A stretch of 64,000 nt of DNA. It comes from Deltaproteobacteria bacterium (GTDB lineage Bacteria; Desulfobacterota; Syntrophia; Syntrophales; UBA2210). The position numbers and the translations under genes are program-made. The stretch spans positions 24,063 through 88,062 of the forward strand of contig JAFGTS010000013.1 in NCBI GenBank assembly GCA_016933965.1. The letters are read 5' to 3'. Below the pieces are notes generated by a model. It was not told the origin of the DNA, ran no database searches, and worked only from the letters and a program-made list of their open reading frames with translations. This document shows positions 27,594 to 37,684 of this stretch, piece after piece. The stretch's first letter is position 1. Each line of letters opens with the position of its first letter.

Positions 27594-30500
27594 ATGAAAA
27601 GAATGGCTGAACATGTCGAGGTTGTGCCTGTGATTTGTCTTTTTTGCCTCTGCCTGTGCGGTATACTCTGTCTTCAGCCGGCACAGGCGGTCGCCGGGCA
27701 GTCGGCTTCACAGGAACCGCTGGCGGGTGATCGCCGCCTGCCGGACGATGAGATCGTTGTCACCTTCACATCAGACGGCTTTTTTTCAAACAATGCGTAT
27801 TATCCCGATACAGATCTTGCCCTCGGTCCCGCCCACACGACGGAGACTGAAGCAATGGATGCCTCCGACGACGTGGCCGTTGCTACGGGCAAAATGCATA
27901 CAACCAGCAACGAAGAGTATTTCGTCGTTTTTCTTGCGACCGATGGCTCCATTGTTGTGGAAGGGTGGGACCCGGCTACGGGAAGCCACTTCGGGCCTGC
28001 CTCATGGTCCGGGATCACGGCCACGGGAGACAAACACGTGACCTGTGACGCCGCCGATTTCGACGGTGACGGAACGGATGAACTCCTGGTGGGCTTTCAG
28101 GGGGGAGGTGATTATCTCAATCTCCTCGTCATTGATGGCACGGGATCGGGATTTGAGAAAAAAACACATTTTTTGGATACAACGTTCGAATTTCGTGACG
28201 GCCTCGTGAAGGATTTCGATACGGCCGCTCTCGATGCGGACGATGACGGAACGGCTGAAATAGCCGTTGTCTGTGGCGATGACTGCCCGGGATATGTTCC
28301 CTGGTATTATGTCGCGGTGCGGCTTTACGACGTAGCGGCAGATTTTTCCATTACTTATCAGAGCCGGTCTGTCGTGTCGTTGCTGGCGATTGACAGACAC
28401 AGCCAGACCAAGACCATTGCCGTGGGCGATTTCGACGGGGAGCCGGGGGACGATATCATTGCTGCCGCTCTGGAGTTGACCGATGAAGGGGCTTCCGATG
28501 AACAGATAGCCATGAAAGTATTCACCGTCGATGCCGATCTCAATCTTGTGGAAAAAGGACATGCCGTTCAGTGGGCCTGGGTGGATGTTGACACGACGGG
28601 AATTCACATGGCCGTGGGCGACCTTGACAGCGACGGAACGGATGAGGCCGTTCTGTGCTGGTCGGCGGGGCTCTGGAACGGTGTGGCGGAATCATACATC
28701 AAGATGTTCGACATCAGCGAGGAATACGCCATATCCGGCAAGGGTTACAGCGAAGTGTCCGTTTACGGCAATCAGTACATGAATCTGGCAGTCGGGAATT
28801 TCGATGGAACTCTGGATTTCAGGAACGAAATAGCGGCGGTCTGGCAGGGTGACAACAACAAGGGTGTTGTACGGATATACCAGCCGAGCAAAACCCTGGA
28901 CATCCTGACCGCAAAAGGCAAGGACAGCAGCCTGGTTCTGGCGGGGGGCAGGCGGATAACCCTGGCCAGCGGCGATTTCGACGGCGACAGCCTCTATCTG
29001 GGAGAGCCCGTGCACTGGGTCGCGGAGGAGCACCACCAGCCCTCTGCCATCATCACGGAACCGCCGAAACACATCGATTATATCAAGGACCCCAAAGGAG
29101 ATCTGAGGGAGTACAATGTCAGCCGCACATGGTTTCCACCTGACGATTACTTCTCGACAGTGCTCAAGGACGAGAACGAAACGGTGATCACTACGTCGAA
29201 TACGGCCACCAGCTCCTGGAGTCTCGGGGTAAAAGTAAGCGTGGACATAGAGGATGACTTTGAAATGCCCCTGATCGGCAGCGTCGGCGTCAAGCTGGAA
29301 AACACCGCGGGTTATGAGTACGACCAGCACAAGGAAGAAATGAACAAGAACTACACCAAGACAGAAATGGGGGTGGGATTGCGGGCATCGAGCGACGATT
29401 TCCTGGTGGCCAAGATCATGAATGTCCATGTCTGGCGATACCCCGTCCTGGGTCATTATGTGGATACCATGGCGTCACTTTTCGGCATGGACCTGAGCGA
29501 CGAGATGAAATACGAACTGGAGCAGGGCATAATTCCCGGGGAACTGAAGACGGCGTTCACCGATGCGGGACACCCGCTCTCTCCCGACGCCGTTCTTTCA
29601 ACGATTGACGGTGGATGGAAAATCACCGACGGTACCGCAGCATATTTCATGGTGGAAGATGCGGACAAGCTCATCGTAAATCAGAAAACCGGCAACAAGG
29701 GCCAGCTGTACATTCAGATAAGCCTTCCCTCGGATGAAACAAAGGGCAACCTTGAGGGGAGGACCGTGGAATGGTATCAGCCGGTTCACGAGAATGGGAA
29801 TATTTTTTCCTATCCCTGGGAAAAGGAACAGATCGGAGACCTTGCGCGGGGCGAGATCCTGACCGGCCTGGAGACCTTTGCCGTTGGCGGGGGACAGGCG
29901 GAATTTCACATAGAATGGACGAAGGCGGAGGAGCAGGAAGAGGAAGTGTCAACGGAACATAAATTCGAGCAGGATTCCTCCATTACCGGCTCGGTAAAGG
30001 TGGTCGATATGAAGACGTCCATTACGGTCAAGGAAAGTTATGATCGGACGTGGTCGCAGCTGACCACATCGGAAACGGAGTGCACTGAATCAAAGGGCAT
30101 CACCATTACCAAACCGGACATGGATGATTCCTGTTCCTACGAATTCACCCCCCTCATATTTTCCACGGGCGTCCATGACGTCACGGAAGACGGGACCACG
30201 GTGAAAGAACCGACGGGAGCGCTGAAAGTGGGATACACCGTGGATCCCGTTTCCACGGCGGCCGCGCAGTGGTGGACGGATATTTCCGGCTACGGAGACA
30301 ATGCCGATCCGGCCCTCAATCTTCCCTATCGCTGGGTATCAAAGGACGGCGGCGTCACCTGGGAATATAATGAGGGCAGCTACAACCTGCAGATGATGAA
30401 GGGACTCTTTCTGTTTGACAATACAGGAAGTGAGATCGGTTACATGGTGAAGGAGGGAGACCTGGTCACGCTCAGGGCACGGGTATACAATTACAGCTTC

Positions 30501-31223
30501 GTCGATGCCGACCAGGTGACAGTTGCCTTCGAGGCGCAGGCGAGCGACGACAACAGGAACTGGGGACAACGCTTCACGATCGACAAGGATACGATAGCGG
30601 AACTTCCCGCCTTTCAGAACCCTCAGGATATACCGAATTGGAAGTTCGCGGAGGTAACCTTTGATACGAGCGGGAAGGCCGGGAAATATTATCGGTTATG
30701 GGTTATCGTCGATCCCGGTGATACCGTGAAAGAAGTGACGGGGCACAACCTGGGCGAAAAATACAGTAATAATGAAGGGTATTTCGGTATCCCCCTTGCC
30801 GTGGTCAGTGCCGACGATATGACGGCATCGAAAGAGCTGGGTGTTGTCGCCCTTGAGCCTCTCGCGCTTTCCGACGACAATGTCACCCAGGGTGATACCG
30901 TGATGGTGACCTTCATGATCAAGGCGGAGGAAGAGGATCATGGAACGGGTCGTGCGCTGGTGTTGTTCTATGACGGGCACCCCGCGTCAGGGGGAACACT
31001 CTTTGACATTGAACTGGTCCCCTTCCTGTTCGGTGGCAGATCCTGTCAGGTGCAGGTTCCCTACTCGACGCACGGCAAGGCGGGAACACACACATTATAT
31101 GCCGTTGTCCGATCAAGACCGGGCGAGGGGAATGCCGACGACAACATGGTTTCAACGAAGCTCCGTGTGCGGAGTGGAAATGACGAAGGGGACGGCTGCT
31201 TCATCAGGACCGTCTTGCCCTGA
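27594..31223 (+). CDS. Large secreted protein (1209 aa) with a signal peptide, an N-terminal FG-GAP/VCBS-type beta-propeller repeat region, a central domain of unknown function and two C-terminal CARDB/Ig-like domains
   Basis: RBS aaaaggagg 8 nt upstream of ATG 27594. Signal peptide MKRMAEHVEVVPVICLFCLCLCGILCLQPAQAVAG. At least 6 Ca-binding-like repeats (DFDGDGTDELLVG, DADDDGTAEIAVV, DFDGEPGDDIIAA, DLDSDGTDEAVL, NFDGTLDF, DFDGDSLYLG). Confidence 0.6.
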   Translation: MKRMAEHVEVVPVICLFCLCLCGILCLQPAQAVAGQSASQEPLAGDRRLPDDEIVVTFTSDGFFSNNAYYPDTDLALGPAHTTETEAMDASDDVAVATGKMHTTSNEEYFVVFLATDGSIVVEGWDPATGSHFGPASWSGITATGDKHVTCDAADFDGDGTDELLVGFQGGGDYLNLLVIDGTGSGFEKKTHFLDTTFEFRDGLVKDFDTAALDADDDGTAEIAVVCGDDCPGYVPWYYVAVRLYDVAADFSITYQSRSVVSLLAIDRHSQTKTIAVGDFDGEPGDDIIAAALELTDEGASDEQIAMKVFTVDADLNLVEKGHAVQWAWVDVDTTGIHMAVGDLDSDGTDEAVLCWSAGLWNGVAESYIKMFDISEEYAISGKGYSEVSVYGNQYMNLAVGNFDGTLDFRNEIAAVWQGDNNKGVVRIYQPSKTLDILTAKGKDSSLVLAGGRRITLASGDFDGDSLYLGEPVHWVAEEHHQPSAIITEPPKHIDYIKDPKGDLREYNVSRTWFPPDDYFSTVLKDENETVITTSNTATSSWSLGVKVSVDIEDDFEMPLIGSVGVKLENTAGYEYDQHKEEMNKNYTKTEMGVGLRASSDDFLVAKIMNVHVWRYPVLGHYVDTMASLFGMDLSDEMKYELEQGIIPGELKTAFTDAGHPLSPDAVLSTIDGGWKITDGTAAYFMVEDADKLIVNQKTGNKGQLYIQISLPSDETKGNLEGRTVEWYQPVHENGNIFSYPWEKEQIGDLARGEILTGLETFAVGGGQAEFHIEWTKAEEQEEEVSTEHKFEQDSSITGSVKVVDMKTSITVKESYDRTWSQLTTSETECTESKGITITKPDMDDSCSYEFTPLIFSTGVHDVTEDGTTVKEPTGALKVGYTVDPVSTAAAQWWTDISGYGDNADPALNLPYRWVSKDGGVTWEYNEGSYNLQMMKGLFLFDNTGSEIGYMVKEGDLVTLRARVYNYSFVDADQVTVAFEAQASDDNRNWGQRFTIDKDTIAELPAFQNPQDIPNWKFAEVTFDTSGKAGKYYRLWVIVDPGDTVKEVTGHNLGEKYSNNEGYFGIPLAVVSADDMTASKELGVVALEPLALSDDNVTQGDTVMVTFMIKAEEEDHGTGRALVLFYDGHPASGGTLFDIELVPFLFGGRSCQVQVPYSTHGKAGTHTLYAVVRSRPGEGNADDNMVSTKLRVRSGNDEGDGCFIRTVLP

Positions 31224-31358
31224 TTCTCATTGCTGGCCTCCGGTTCACATCGGGTGCCGGGGCCTGTATCATAAAGGCCTCGAACTGCCGAGGATGATGG
31301 GACCTCGTAAAAAGAAGGTGCGGCGCGCGAACCCTGGGAGGGTCGCGCGCCATGGTTC

Positions 31359-32642
31359 CTACAGGAGAGAGACCTCTTTTTTCCTGTCGCTGCCGGTGCT
31401 TCGTTCGTCGATGATGCGTGCCAAGTCAAGCCCCGTCAGGGTCCTGATCTCCTCGAAGAAGCTATGTACCGAGCCCGCCAGGCTTCCCACGAGATGGGGA
31501 ACACCTCCCCCGTTGTTTCCGCCGTCCACCACGGTCAGCCGCTCTATGGAGAGATTCTTCCCGATCACATCGGTCACCTTGTCCACGATTTCGGGAAGAA
31601 GCTGTATCATGAAGAGGTCCTTGCCGTCATCCTTCTCCCATTGCTCCCTGAGAAGGCGGATCGCTTCGGCCTTGGCCCTTCCTTCTTCAAGCGTGGCAGC
31701 CGCCTCTCCGGCAGCCTTCATCTTCATGGCCTGTTCCTCGGCTTCGGCGGGCACAACGACCTCTGCGGCGTATTTCAGGCGGTGAACGTTGACCTTCTCC
31801 CCTTCAAGGACCGTCATTTCCTCCATGCGTGATATCTCCCCGGCCAGCCGTGCCTTTTCCTCCTCCCGGTTCGTGTCCGCCGCCCACCGGGCCTGCTGGA
31901 CCCGGAAGTCCATTTCGGATTCCACCACGGCTCGCCGTGATTCGATCTCGGCAATCTCGGCGATCCGCCGTCCTTCCGATTCCTTCCGGCTTGCTTCGGC
32001 ATTCGATTGGGCCTCAACGATCCTGGCATCACGGTGAACTTCGGCGTTCTTCTTCCGGGCGATCGCCTCCAGATATCCCTTGTCGTCGGTGATGTCCTGG
32101 ATCTTGAGCGTGTCAAGAAGCAGACCCATCCGTTCCATGTCCTCGCGTGCCTCCGCGGCGACCCGCCGCGCCAGTTCGATCCGCGAAGCATTCGCTTCTT
32201 CCGGTTCCATCATCGCCAGGATGCCGCGAAGGGTCCCCTCAAGGATCTCCCGTGCCGTGGTTCCGATGGAACCCGGGTTTCTGCCGAGGAACCGTTCAAT
32301 GGCGTTTCCCAGGCCTTCCTTCATGGACCCCGCTATCTTTGCGTTCGCCATCGCCTTCACGTTCACCGGAATGGTCCCCCGCGTCAGGGCCCCCGTGACG
32401 TTCATTTCGATCGGCATCGTGTTCAATGAGAGGGTGTGTACCGTCTCGATGAGCGGAATTCTCAAAGCCCTGCCGCCGCGGATAACCCGATATCCGGCGC
32501 CGCCATCACCGGCCTTGAAGCGCCTTCCTGAGAATATCATCACTTCATTGGGGGCGCAGATCTTCATATTCGCCTTGATATAGATGACGAGGATCATGAG
32601 CACCACCGCGCCGAGAAACATACCGATAATTCCCATCTGCAT
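31359..32642 (-). CDS. Flotillin/SPFH (band 7) family membrane protein. Start chosen at MQMGIIG, which has a GGAGG RBS at 8-nt spacing.
   Basis: N-terminal TM helix (IIGMFLGAVVLMILVIY), SPFH domain and a long Ala/Glu-rich coiled coil. Lies 14 bp downstream of the glnA stop on the same strand. Confidence 0.75.
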   Translation of the reverse strand: MQMGIIGMFLGAVVLMILVIYIKANMKICAPNEVMIFSGRRFKAGDGGAGYRVIRGGRALRIPLIETVHTLSLNTMPIEMNVTGALTRGTIPVNVKAMANAKIAGSMKEGLGNAIERFLGRNPGSIGTTAREILEGTLRGILAMMEPEEANASRIELARRVAAEAREDMERMGLLLDTLKIQDITDDKGYLEAIARKKNAEVHRDARIVEAQSNAEASRKESEGRRIAEIAEIESRRAVVESEMDFRVQQARWAADTNREEEKARLAGEISRMEEMTVLEGEKVNVHRLKYAAEVVVPAEAEEQAMKMKAAGEAAATLEEGRAKAEAIRLLREQWEKDDGKDLFMIQLLPEIVDKVTDVIGKNLSIERLTVVDGGNNGGGVPHLVGSLAGSVHSFFEEIRTLTGLDLARIIDERSTGSDRKKEVSLL

Positions 32643-32655
32643 GGTCATAACCTCC

Positions 32656-34071
32656 TTATATGTCGTAATACAGTGCAAATTCGTACGGATGGGGACGGAG
32701 GCGGATCTGGTCCTCCTCCCGTTTCCGTTTATATTCGATCCACATGCCGATGATGTCCTTCGTGAAAACATCGCCCTTGAGCAGGTAGTCGTGGTCCCGT
32801 TCCAGGTTGTCGAGCGCTTCCGACAATGACCCCGGTGTGGATTTCAAATGTTTCTTCTCTTCCGGCGCCAGTTCAAAGATGTCCGTTTCAATGGGCGGAG
32901 GGGGTTCGATGCCGTTCTCGATTCCATCCAGTCCCGCCATGAGCATGGCGGCCAGGGCCAGGTAGGGATTGCAGGAACAATCGGGGGGACGGAACTCGAT
33001 CCGTTTCGCCTTTTCGCTCTGGGAGTACATGGGTATCCGGACGCAGGCGCTGCGGTTCCTCTGTGAATAGACGAGATTGATTGGAGCCTCGTACCCCGGG
33101 ACGAGACGACGGTATGAATTCGTCGTGGGCGATGTGAGCGCCAGAAGCGACGGCGCATGATGAAGCAGGCCGCCGATATAATTGATCGCCATGCGGCTCA
33201 GGCCGCCGTATCCCCCGGGATCGGCAAAGAGGTTCCTTCCGGCCCTCCAGAGACTCTGATGAACGTGCATGCCCGAGCCGTTGTCCATGAAGATCGGTTT
33301 GGGCATGAAGGTCACCGTTTTGCCGTGAGCCCGGGCCACGTTCTTGACGACATACTTGTATTTCATGAGGACGTCGCAGGTATTGACCAGCGTGTTGACC
33401 TTGACACCGATCTCGCACTGGCCGGCCGTTGCCACTTCGTGGTGGTGGAGGAGAACAGGGATGCCCACATCGTTCATGACCTTTGACATCCTGGCCCGGA
33501 GGTTATGCAGGCTGTCCGTGGGTGGAACGGGGAAATAGCCTTCTTTGTACCGGGGTTTATATCCCAGGTTCGGACCCTCGTCCCTTCCGGTGTTCCAGAA
33601 TCCTTCACGTGAATCGATGGCATAGAACCCGGAATGCTGCGTCTGGTCGAACCGGACATCGTCAAAGACATAGAATTCCGGTTCGGGGCCGAAAAAGGCC
33701 TGGTCGGCGATGCCGCAGGAGGAAAGATAGCGCTCGGCCTTGCGGGCGATATTCCGGGGGTCCCTCGAGTAGGGCACGTGGGTGAGGGGGTCCGAAACAT
33801 TGCAGATCATGCTGAGCGTCGGATCAGCCGTAAAGGGATCGATGAACGCCGTCTGGGAGTCTGGTTTTATCAGCATATCGCTTTCGTTGATCGGCTGAAA
33901 TCCCCTGATGCTTGAGCCGTCGAACCCGATTCCTTCTATGAACAGACTTTCCTCCAGGTCGTCGATGGGGATCGTTATGTGCTGCCATAATCCCGGAATG
34001 TCGGTGAACTTGAGATCGATGAACTCCAGGTTCTTTTCTTTCGCGACCTTCTTCAACTCTTTTGAACCCAT
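32656..34071 (-). CDS. glnA: Glutamine synthetase type I (GSI-beta-like, dodecameric type). Start taken at MGSKEL.
   Basis: Collinear with E. coli GlnA. Motifs [37 protein letters not shown]. Adenylylation-loop region with NPYLA motif present. Confidence 0.9.
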   Translation of the reverse strand: MGSKELKKVAKEKNLEFIDLKFTDIPGLWQHITIPIDDLEESLFIEGIGFDGSSIRGFQPINESDMLIKPDSQTAFIDPFTADPTLSMICNVSDPLTHVPYSRDPRNIARKAERYLSSCGIADQAFFGPEPEFYVFDDVRFDQTQHSGFYAIDSREGFWNTGRDEGPNLGYKPRYKEGYFPVPPTDSLHNLRARMSKVMNDVGIPVLLHHHEVATAGQCEIGVKVNTLVNTCDVLMKYKYVVKNVARAHGKTVTFMPKPIFMDNGSGMHVHQSLWRAGRNLFADPGGYGGLSRMAINYIGGLLHHAPSLLALTSPTTNSYRRLVPGYEAPINLVYSQRNRSACVRIPMYSQSEKAKRIEFRPPDCSCNPYLALAAMLMAGLDGIENGIEPPPPIETDIFELAPEEKKHLKSTPGSLSEALDNLERDHDYLLKGDVFTKDIIGMWIEYKRKREEDQIRLRPHPYEFALYYDI

Positions 34072-34081
34072 GCCGGACCTC

Positions 34082-34420
34082 CTATCCGATCGCCTTTCCG
34101 CCACGCTCACCCGTGCCGATCCTGACCACTTCGTGGAGGTCGCAGACGAAGATCTTCCCGTCGCCGGGATGTCCCGTGTGAGCGCCCTTTGTGATCGCCG
34201 CGACGGTCGGTTCGAGAAAATCCTCGTTGACGGCGATCTCGAGCTTTATCTTTTTCAGAAGCCCGATCTCCTCGACGCCCCGGTAGACTTCCGAGAATCC
34301 CTTCTGGCGTCCCCGTCCCAGCACGTTTGAAACCGTGATCAGGTGCACTTCAACGTTCTCCAGTTCCTTTTTGACTTCCTCAAACTTGTGCGGTTGGATG
34401 ATGGCGATGATGTATTTCAT
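34082..34420 (-). CDS. glnK: Nitrogen regulatory protein P-II (GlnK/GlnB)
   Basis: 112 aa starting [18 protein letters not shown]-loop region [13 protein letters not shown]; uridylylation-site position (the Tyr in E. coli) present. Immediately downstream of amtB. Confidence 0.85.
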   Translation of the reverse strand: MKYIIAIIQPHKFEEVKKELENVEVHLITVSNVLGRGRQKGFSEVYRGVEEIGLLKKIKLEIAVNEDFLEPTVAAITKGAHTGHPGDGKIFVCDLHEVVRIGTGERGGKAIG

Positions 34421-34430
34421 TCTATTCCTC

Positions 34431-35663
34431 CTATTCCAGTACGGTATATGCCGATTCGCGGTGTTGCGTAAGATCGAGACCCATGAGTTCATCCTCTTTT
34501 TCAACCCGCACGCCGAAGAGGGCATCGACGAACTTGAAGAGGATCCACGTCATGACAAGGGCGAAGGTGACACAGGTCAGAAGGTACACTCCCTGGACCA
34601 GGAAAAGCTTGACATTGCCGAAAAGCAGCCCGTCGGCCCCGGCTGCGTTGACGGCCGTATTCGCGAATATGCCCGTCGCGATGGTTCCCCAGATCCCTCC
34701 GACACCATGAACACCGAAGACATCGAGAGCATCGTCATAGCCGAATTTCGGCTTTAAGGCGGTAACCGCCATGTAACAGAACACCCCCGCCAGAAGGCCG
34801 ATGATGACGGATGACAGCGGGCTGACGAAACCGCAGGCCGGTGTGATCGCTACAAGCCCGGTAAGGGCGCCCGTGACGATACCCAGCACGGTGGGCGCGC
34901 CGTGACGTTGCCATTCTATGAGAGCCCAGGTCAGCCCGGCAGCCGCCGTCGCCGTATTGGTCGTGACGAAGGCGTTTGCGGCGACCCCTCCCGCTTCAAG
35001 GGCGCTTCCCGCGTTGAATCCGAACCACCCGAACCAGAGGAGCGCGCCGCCGAGCACGGTCAGGGGAAGATTATGGGGCTTGTAGGACTGGTTCTCGTAC
35101 CCGACGCGACGGCCGATCAGGATCGCCATCAACAGTGCCGATGCGCCGGAGCTGACGTGAACGACAATGCCGCCGGCGAAATCGAGGGCGCCCATGTCCC
35201 GCAGCCAGCCGCCCGTACCCCAGACCCAGTGGGCGATGGGATCATAGACGAAGGTGGTCCACAGGAGCATCAGCACGACGAAGGCCGAGAACTTCATGCG
35301 CTCGGCAAATGCTCCCACGATAAGGGCCGGTGTGATAATGGCGAACATGGCCTGAAAGATCATGAATGACAGATGGGGGATCGAAGCGGCGTAATCGGCG
35401 TTCGGTTCCATTCCCACGTTATTCAGGCCGACCCAATCGAGCCCGCCGATAATGCCGTGGCCGAGGTCCGGCGAAAAGGCCAGTGAATATCCGAGAAGCA
35501 CCCACTGCAGGCTCACCAGGCACATGATAAAAAAGCACTGCATCAGAATGGAAAGAATGTTTTTTCTCCGCGCGAGACCCCCGTAGAAAAGGGCTACACC
35601 GGGCGTCATGATGAACACCAGCGCGGCACAGAGCATTACCCATGCGGTATCACCTGAACTCAT
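34431..35663 (-). CDS. amtB: Ammonium transporter (Amt family). The ORF extends to 35714.
   Basis: Multi-pass membrane protein with Amt signature regions (…DFAGGIVVHVSSG…, …GALLWFGWFGFNAGSAL…). Forms an amtB-glnK pair. Confidence 0.85.
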   Translation of the reverse strand: MSSGDTAWVMLCAALVFIMTPGVALFYGGLARRKNILSILMQCFFIMCLVSLQWVLLGYSLAFSPDLGHGIIGGLDWVGLNNVGMEPNADYAASIPHLSFMIFQAMFAIITPALIVGAFAERMKFSAFVVLMLLWTTFVYDPIAHWVWGTGGWLRDMGALDFAGGIVVHVSSGASALLMAILIGRRVGYENQSYKPHNLPLTVLGGALLWFGWFGFNAGSALEAGGVAANAFVTTNTATAAAGLTWALIEWQRHGAPTVLGIVTGALTGLVAITPACGFVSPLSSVIIGLLAGVFCYMAVTALKPKFGYDDALDVFGVHGVGGIWGTIATGIFANTAVNAAGADGLLFGNVKLFLVQGVYLLTCVTFALVMTWILFKFVDALFGVRVEKEDELMGLDLTQHRESAYTVLE

Positions 35664-35936
35664 GCTGTTACCTCCTTGGTTAAATCCTACGGCTCGGTAT
35701 CCATCAAATATCATGCCAGTTTGGGGGTATTGTTGTTAACTACATAAAATATATGTAGAAATAACTTTAATTATTCTCTGTTGTGCCGGATAATTATCCT
35801 ACGGCCGCGTATTTTGTCTTGCATTAAATGACAATAATGTAATATTGTGTGGCTGTTTTTTACAGAACCCCGGTAAGCCCCGCGTACCCCCTGAAGGTGT
35901 GCGACGGTTCGGGGAGCAGGAAAGGGACGGATACAA

Positions 35937-37496
35937 ATGACAGTTGCGGCAGGTGATGGAAAAAGAGAGAACCGGGAGGTCAGGGAGCTTTCCCTGCTTT
36001 ACGAGGTCAGCCAGACCCTCGGCCGGAGCATGGACATACGGGAAGTGGTCGGTCCCGTCCTCAACGCCCTGGCGGAAGGGATGGGCATGACCCGGGGAAT
36101 GCTGGCGCTCCTGAACCGGAAGACGGGGGAAATGTATATCGAGGCGGCCCACGGCCTTTCGGAGGTTCAGAGAAAACGGGGGCGGTACCAACTGGGTGAA
36201 GGTGTCATCGGCAGGGTGGTCGAGACGGGCCAGCCGGCAATCGTCCCCCATATTTCTGACGAGCCCCTTTTCCTCGACCGTACCGGTTCGCGAAAGAACC
36301 TGAACAAGAATGACATATCCTACATCTGCGTGCCCATTAAGATCGGGACGGAGGTGATCGGAACGCTCAGCGCCGACCGGCTCTTCGATGAATCGATCTC
36401 TCTGAAGGAGGACGTGCGGCTTCTGGCCATCATCGCCTCCATGATCGCCCAGGCGGTCCGTATCAGGCAGGAAACGCAGGAAGAGCGGGAGATGCTGATC
36501 CAGGAAAATCTGCGCCTCCAGACGGAACTGAAGGAAAAATTTCATCCCGCCAACATCATCGGAAAATCGAAGAGCATGCGGGAGGTCTATCAACTAGTCG
36601 CTCAGGTTTCAAAGAGCAACGCCACCGTGCTCATCAGGGGCGAGAGCGGCACGGGAAAGGAACTGGTCGCCAACGCGATCCATTATAACAGCCTGCGTGC
36701 CAATAAGCCTCTGGTGAAGGTGAACTGCGCGGCGCTTCCCGAGACGGTCCTGGAGAGCGAGCTCTTCGGCCATGAAAAGGGTGCCTTCACCGGAGCCACC
36801 TACACGCGAAAAGGCAGGTTCGAGCTGGCGAGCGGGGGCACCATTTTCCTGGACGAGATCGGGGACCTGCCGCCCATGGTGCAGATACGCCTCCTGCGCG
36901 TTCTCCAGGAGCGGGAATTTGAGCGGGTCGGTGCCACTGAAACGACGAAGGTCGACGTGCGCGTTATAGCCGCCACGAACAGAAGCCTGGAAGAACTGAT
37001 GGAAAAGGGGGACTTCAGGGAAGACCTGTACTACCGGTTGAACGTGTTCCCGGTCTATGTGCCGCCGCTGAGGGAGCGCAAGTCGGATATCCTTCTCCTT
37101 GCCGACTTTTTTATCGAACGATACGCGAAGATGAACAACAAGAGAATCCAGAGGATCTGCACCCATGCCATCGATATGCTGACCTGCTATCACTGGCCGG
37201 GAAACGTGCGGGAACTGGAAAACTGTATCGAACGGGCCGTCCTTCTCTCGAACGAGGGAGTCATTTACGGCTATCACCTGCCGCCCACATTACAGACGTC
37301 GTCCTATTCGGGAACGATTTCCTACGGTACCCTGCAGGGCGAAATGGACCGTCTTGAGAGGGACCTGATCATGGACGCCCTGAAAACGGTCCGGGGGAAT
37401 ATGACCCAGGCGGCGAAGATCCTCGGCACGAGCGAGCGGATCATGGGGCTGCGGGTTGCAAAGTATAATATCGATCCGAAACGATTTCGTACATAA
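35937..37496 (+). CDS. Sigma-54-dependent transcriptional activator, NifA-like (GAF sensor, AAA+ sigma-54 interaction domain, C-terminal HTH)
   Basis: GAF N-terminus. AAA+ GESGTGKE Walker A and ESELFGHEKGAFTGA GAFTGA motif. NifA-type interdomain region CxxxxC (CTHAIDMLTC) before the HTH. Fis-type HTH at the C-terminus. Confidence 0.8.
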   Translation: MTVAAGDGKRENREVRELSLLYEVSQTLGRSMDIREVVGPVLNALAEGMGMTRGMLALLNRKTGEMYIEAAHGLSEVQRKRGRYQLGEGVIGRVVETGQPAIVPHISDEPLFLDRTGSRKNLNKNDISYICVPIKIGTEVIGTLSADRLFDESISLKEDVRLLAIIASMIAQAVRIRQETQEEREMLIQENLRLQTELKEKFHPANIIGKSKSMREVYQLVAQVSKSNATVLIRGESGTGKELVANAIHYNSLRANKPLVKVNCAALPETVLESELFGHEKGAFTGATYTRKGRFELASGGTIFLDEIGDLPPMVQIRLLRVLQEREFERVGATETTKVDVRVIAATNRSLEELMEKGDFREDLYYRLNVFPVYVPPLRERKSDILLLADFFIERYAKMNNKRIQRICTHAIDMLTCYHWPGNVRELENCIERAVLLSNEGVIYGYHLPPTLQTSSYSGTISYGTLQGEMDRLERDLIMDALKTVRGNMTQAAKILGTSERIMGLRVAKYNIDPKRFRT

Positions 37497-37630
37497 CAGT
37501 AGTTGCGTCCCTGTAATCCTACGAATTTGTAGTACGGCCGATGGCGGAGCGGATGGTCCCTCCGTCATTGTTTTGTAATAATGCAGTGATATCATACACA
37601 TGATGAGGAAGCGAAACTTCCGGCGGCAAC

Positions 37631-37646
37631 TGGCACTATTGTTGCT
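37631..37646 (+). promoter_or_regulatory. Candidate sigma-54 (-24/-12) promoter TGGCAC-N5-TTGCT, 40 bp upstream of the glnA2 start
   Basis: cTGGCACtattgTTGCTtaca matches the RpoN consensus TGGCAC-N5-TTGCW exactly in both conserved blocks and in spacing. Confidence 0.55.
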
Positions 37647-37684
37647 TACATGTGAGAAAACCAAAATGAGCAGGAGTGCGCATA

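Noticed and set aside
31224-31358. Rho-independent terminator between the convergent giant-protein and flotillin genes
   Set aside because: A GC hairpin (GGCGCGCGA...TCGCGCGCC) is present, but no U-tract is present on either strand. It is left unannotated.
35664-35936. Sigma-54 -24/-12 element or NtrC/NifA UAS for amtB in the divergent region
   Set aside because: I searched both strands for TGGCAC-N5-TTGC and TGT-N10-ACA. Only partial matches (TGT-N8-ACA, GTGCCGG) were found, too weak to call.
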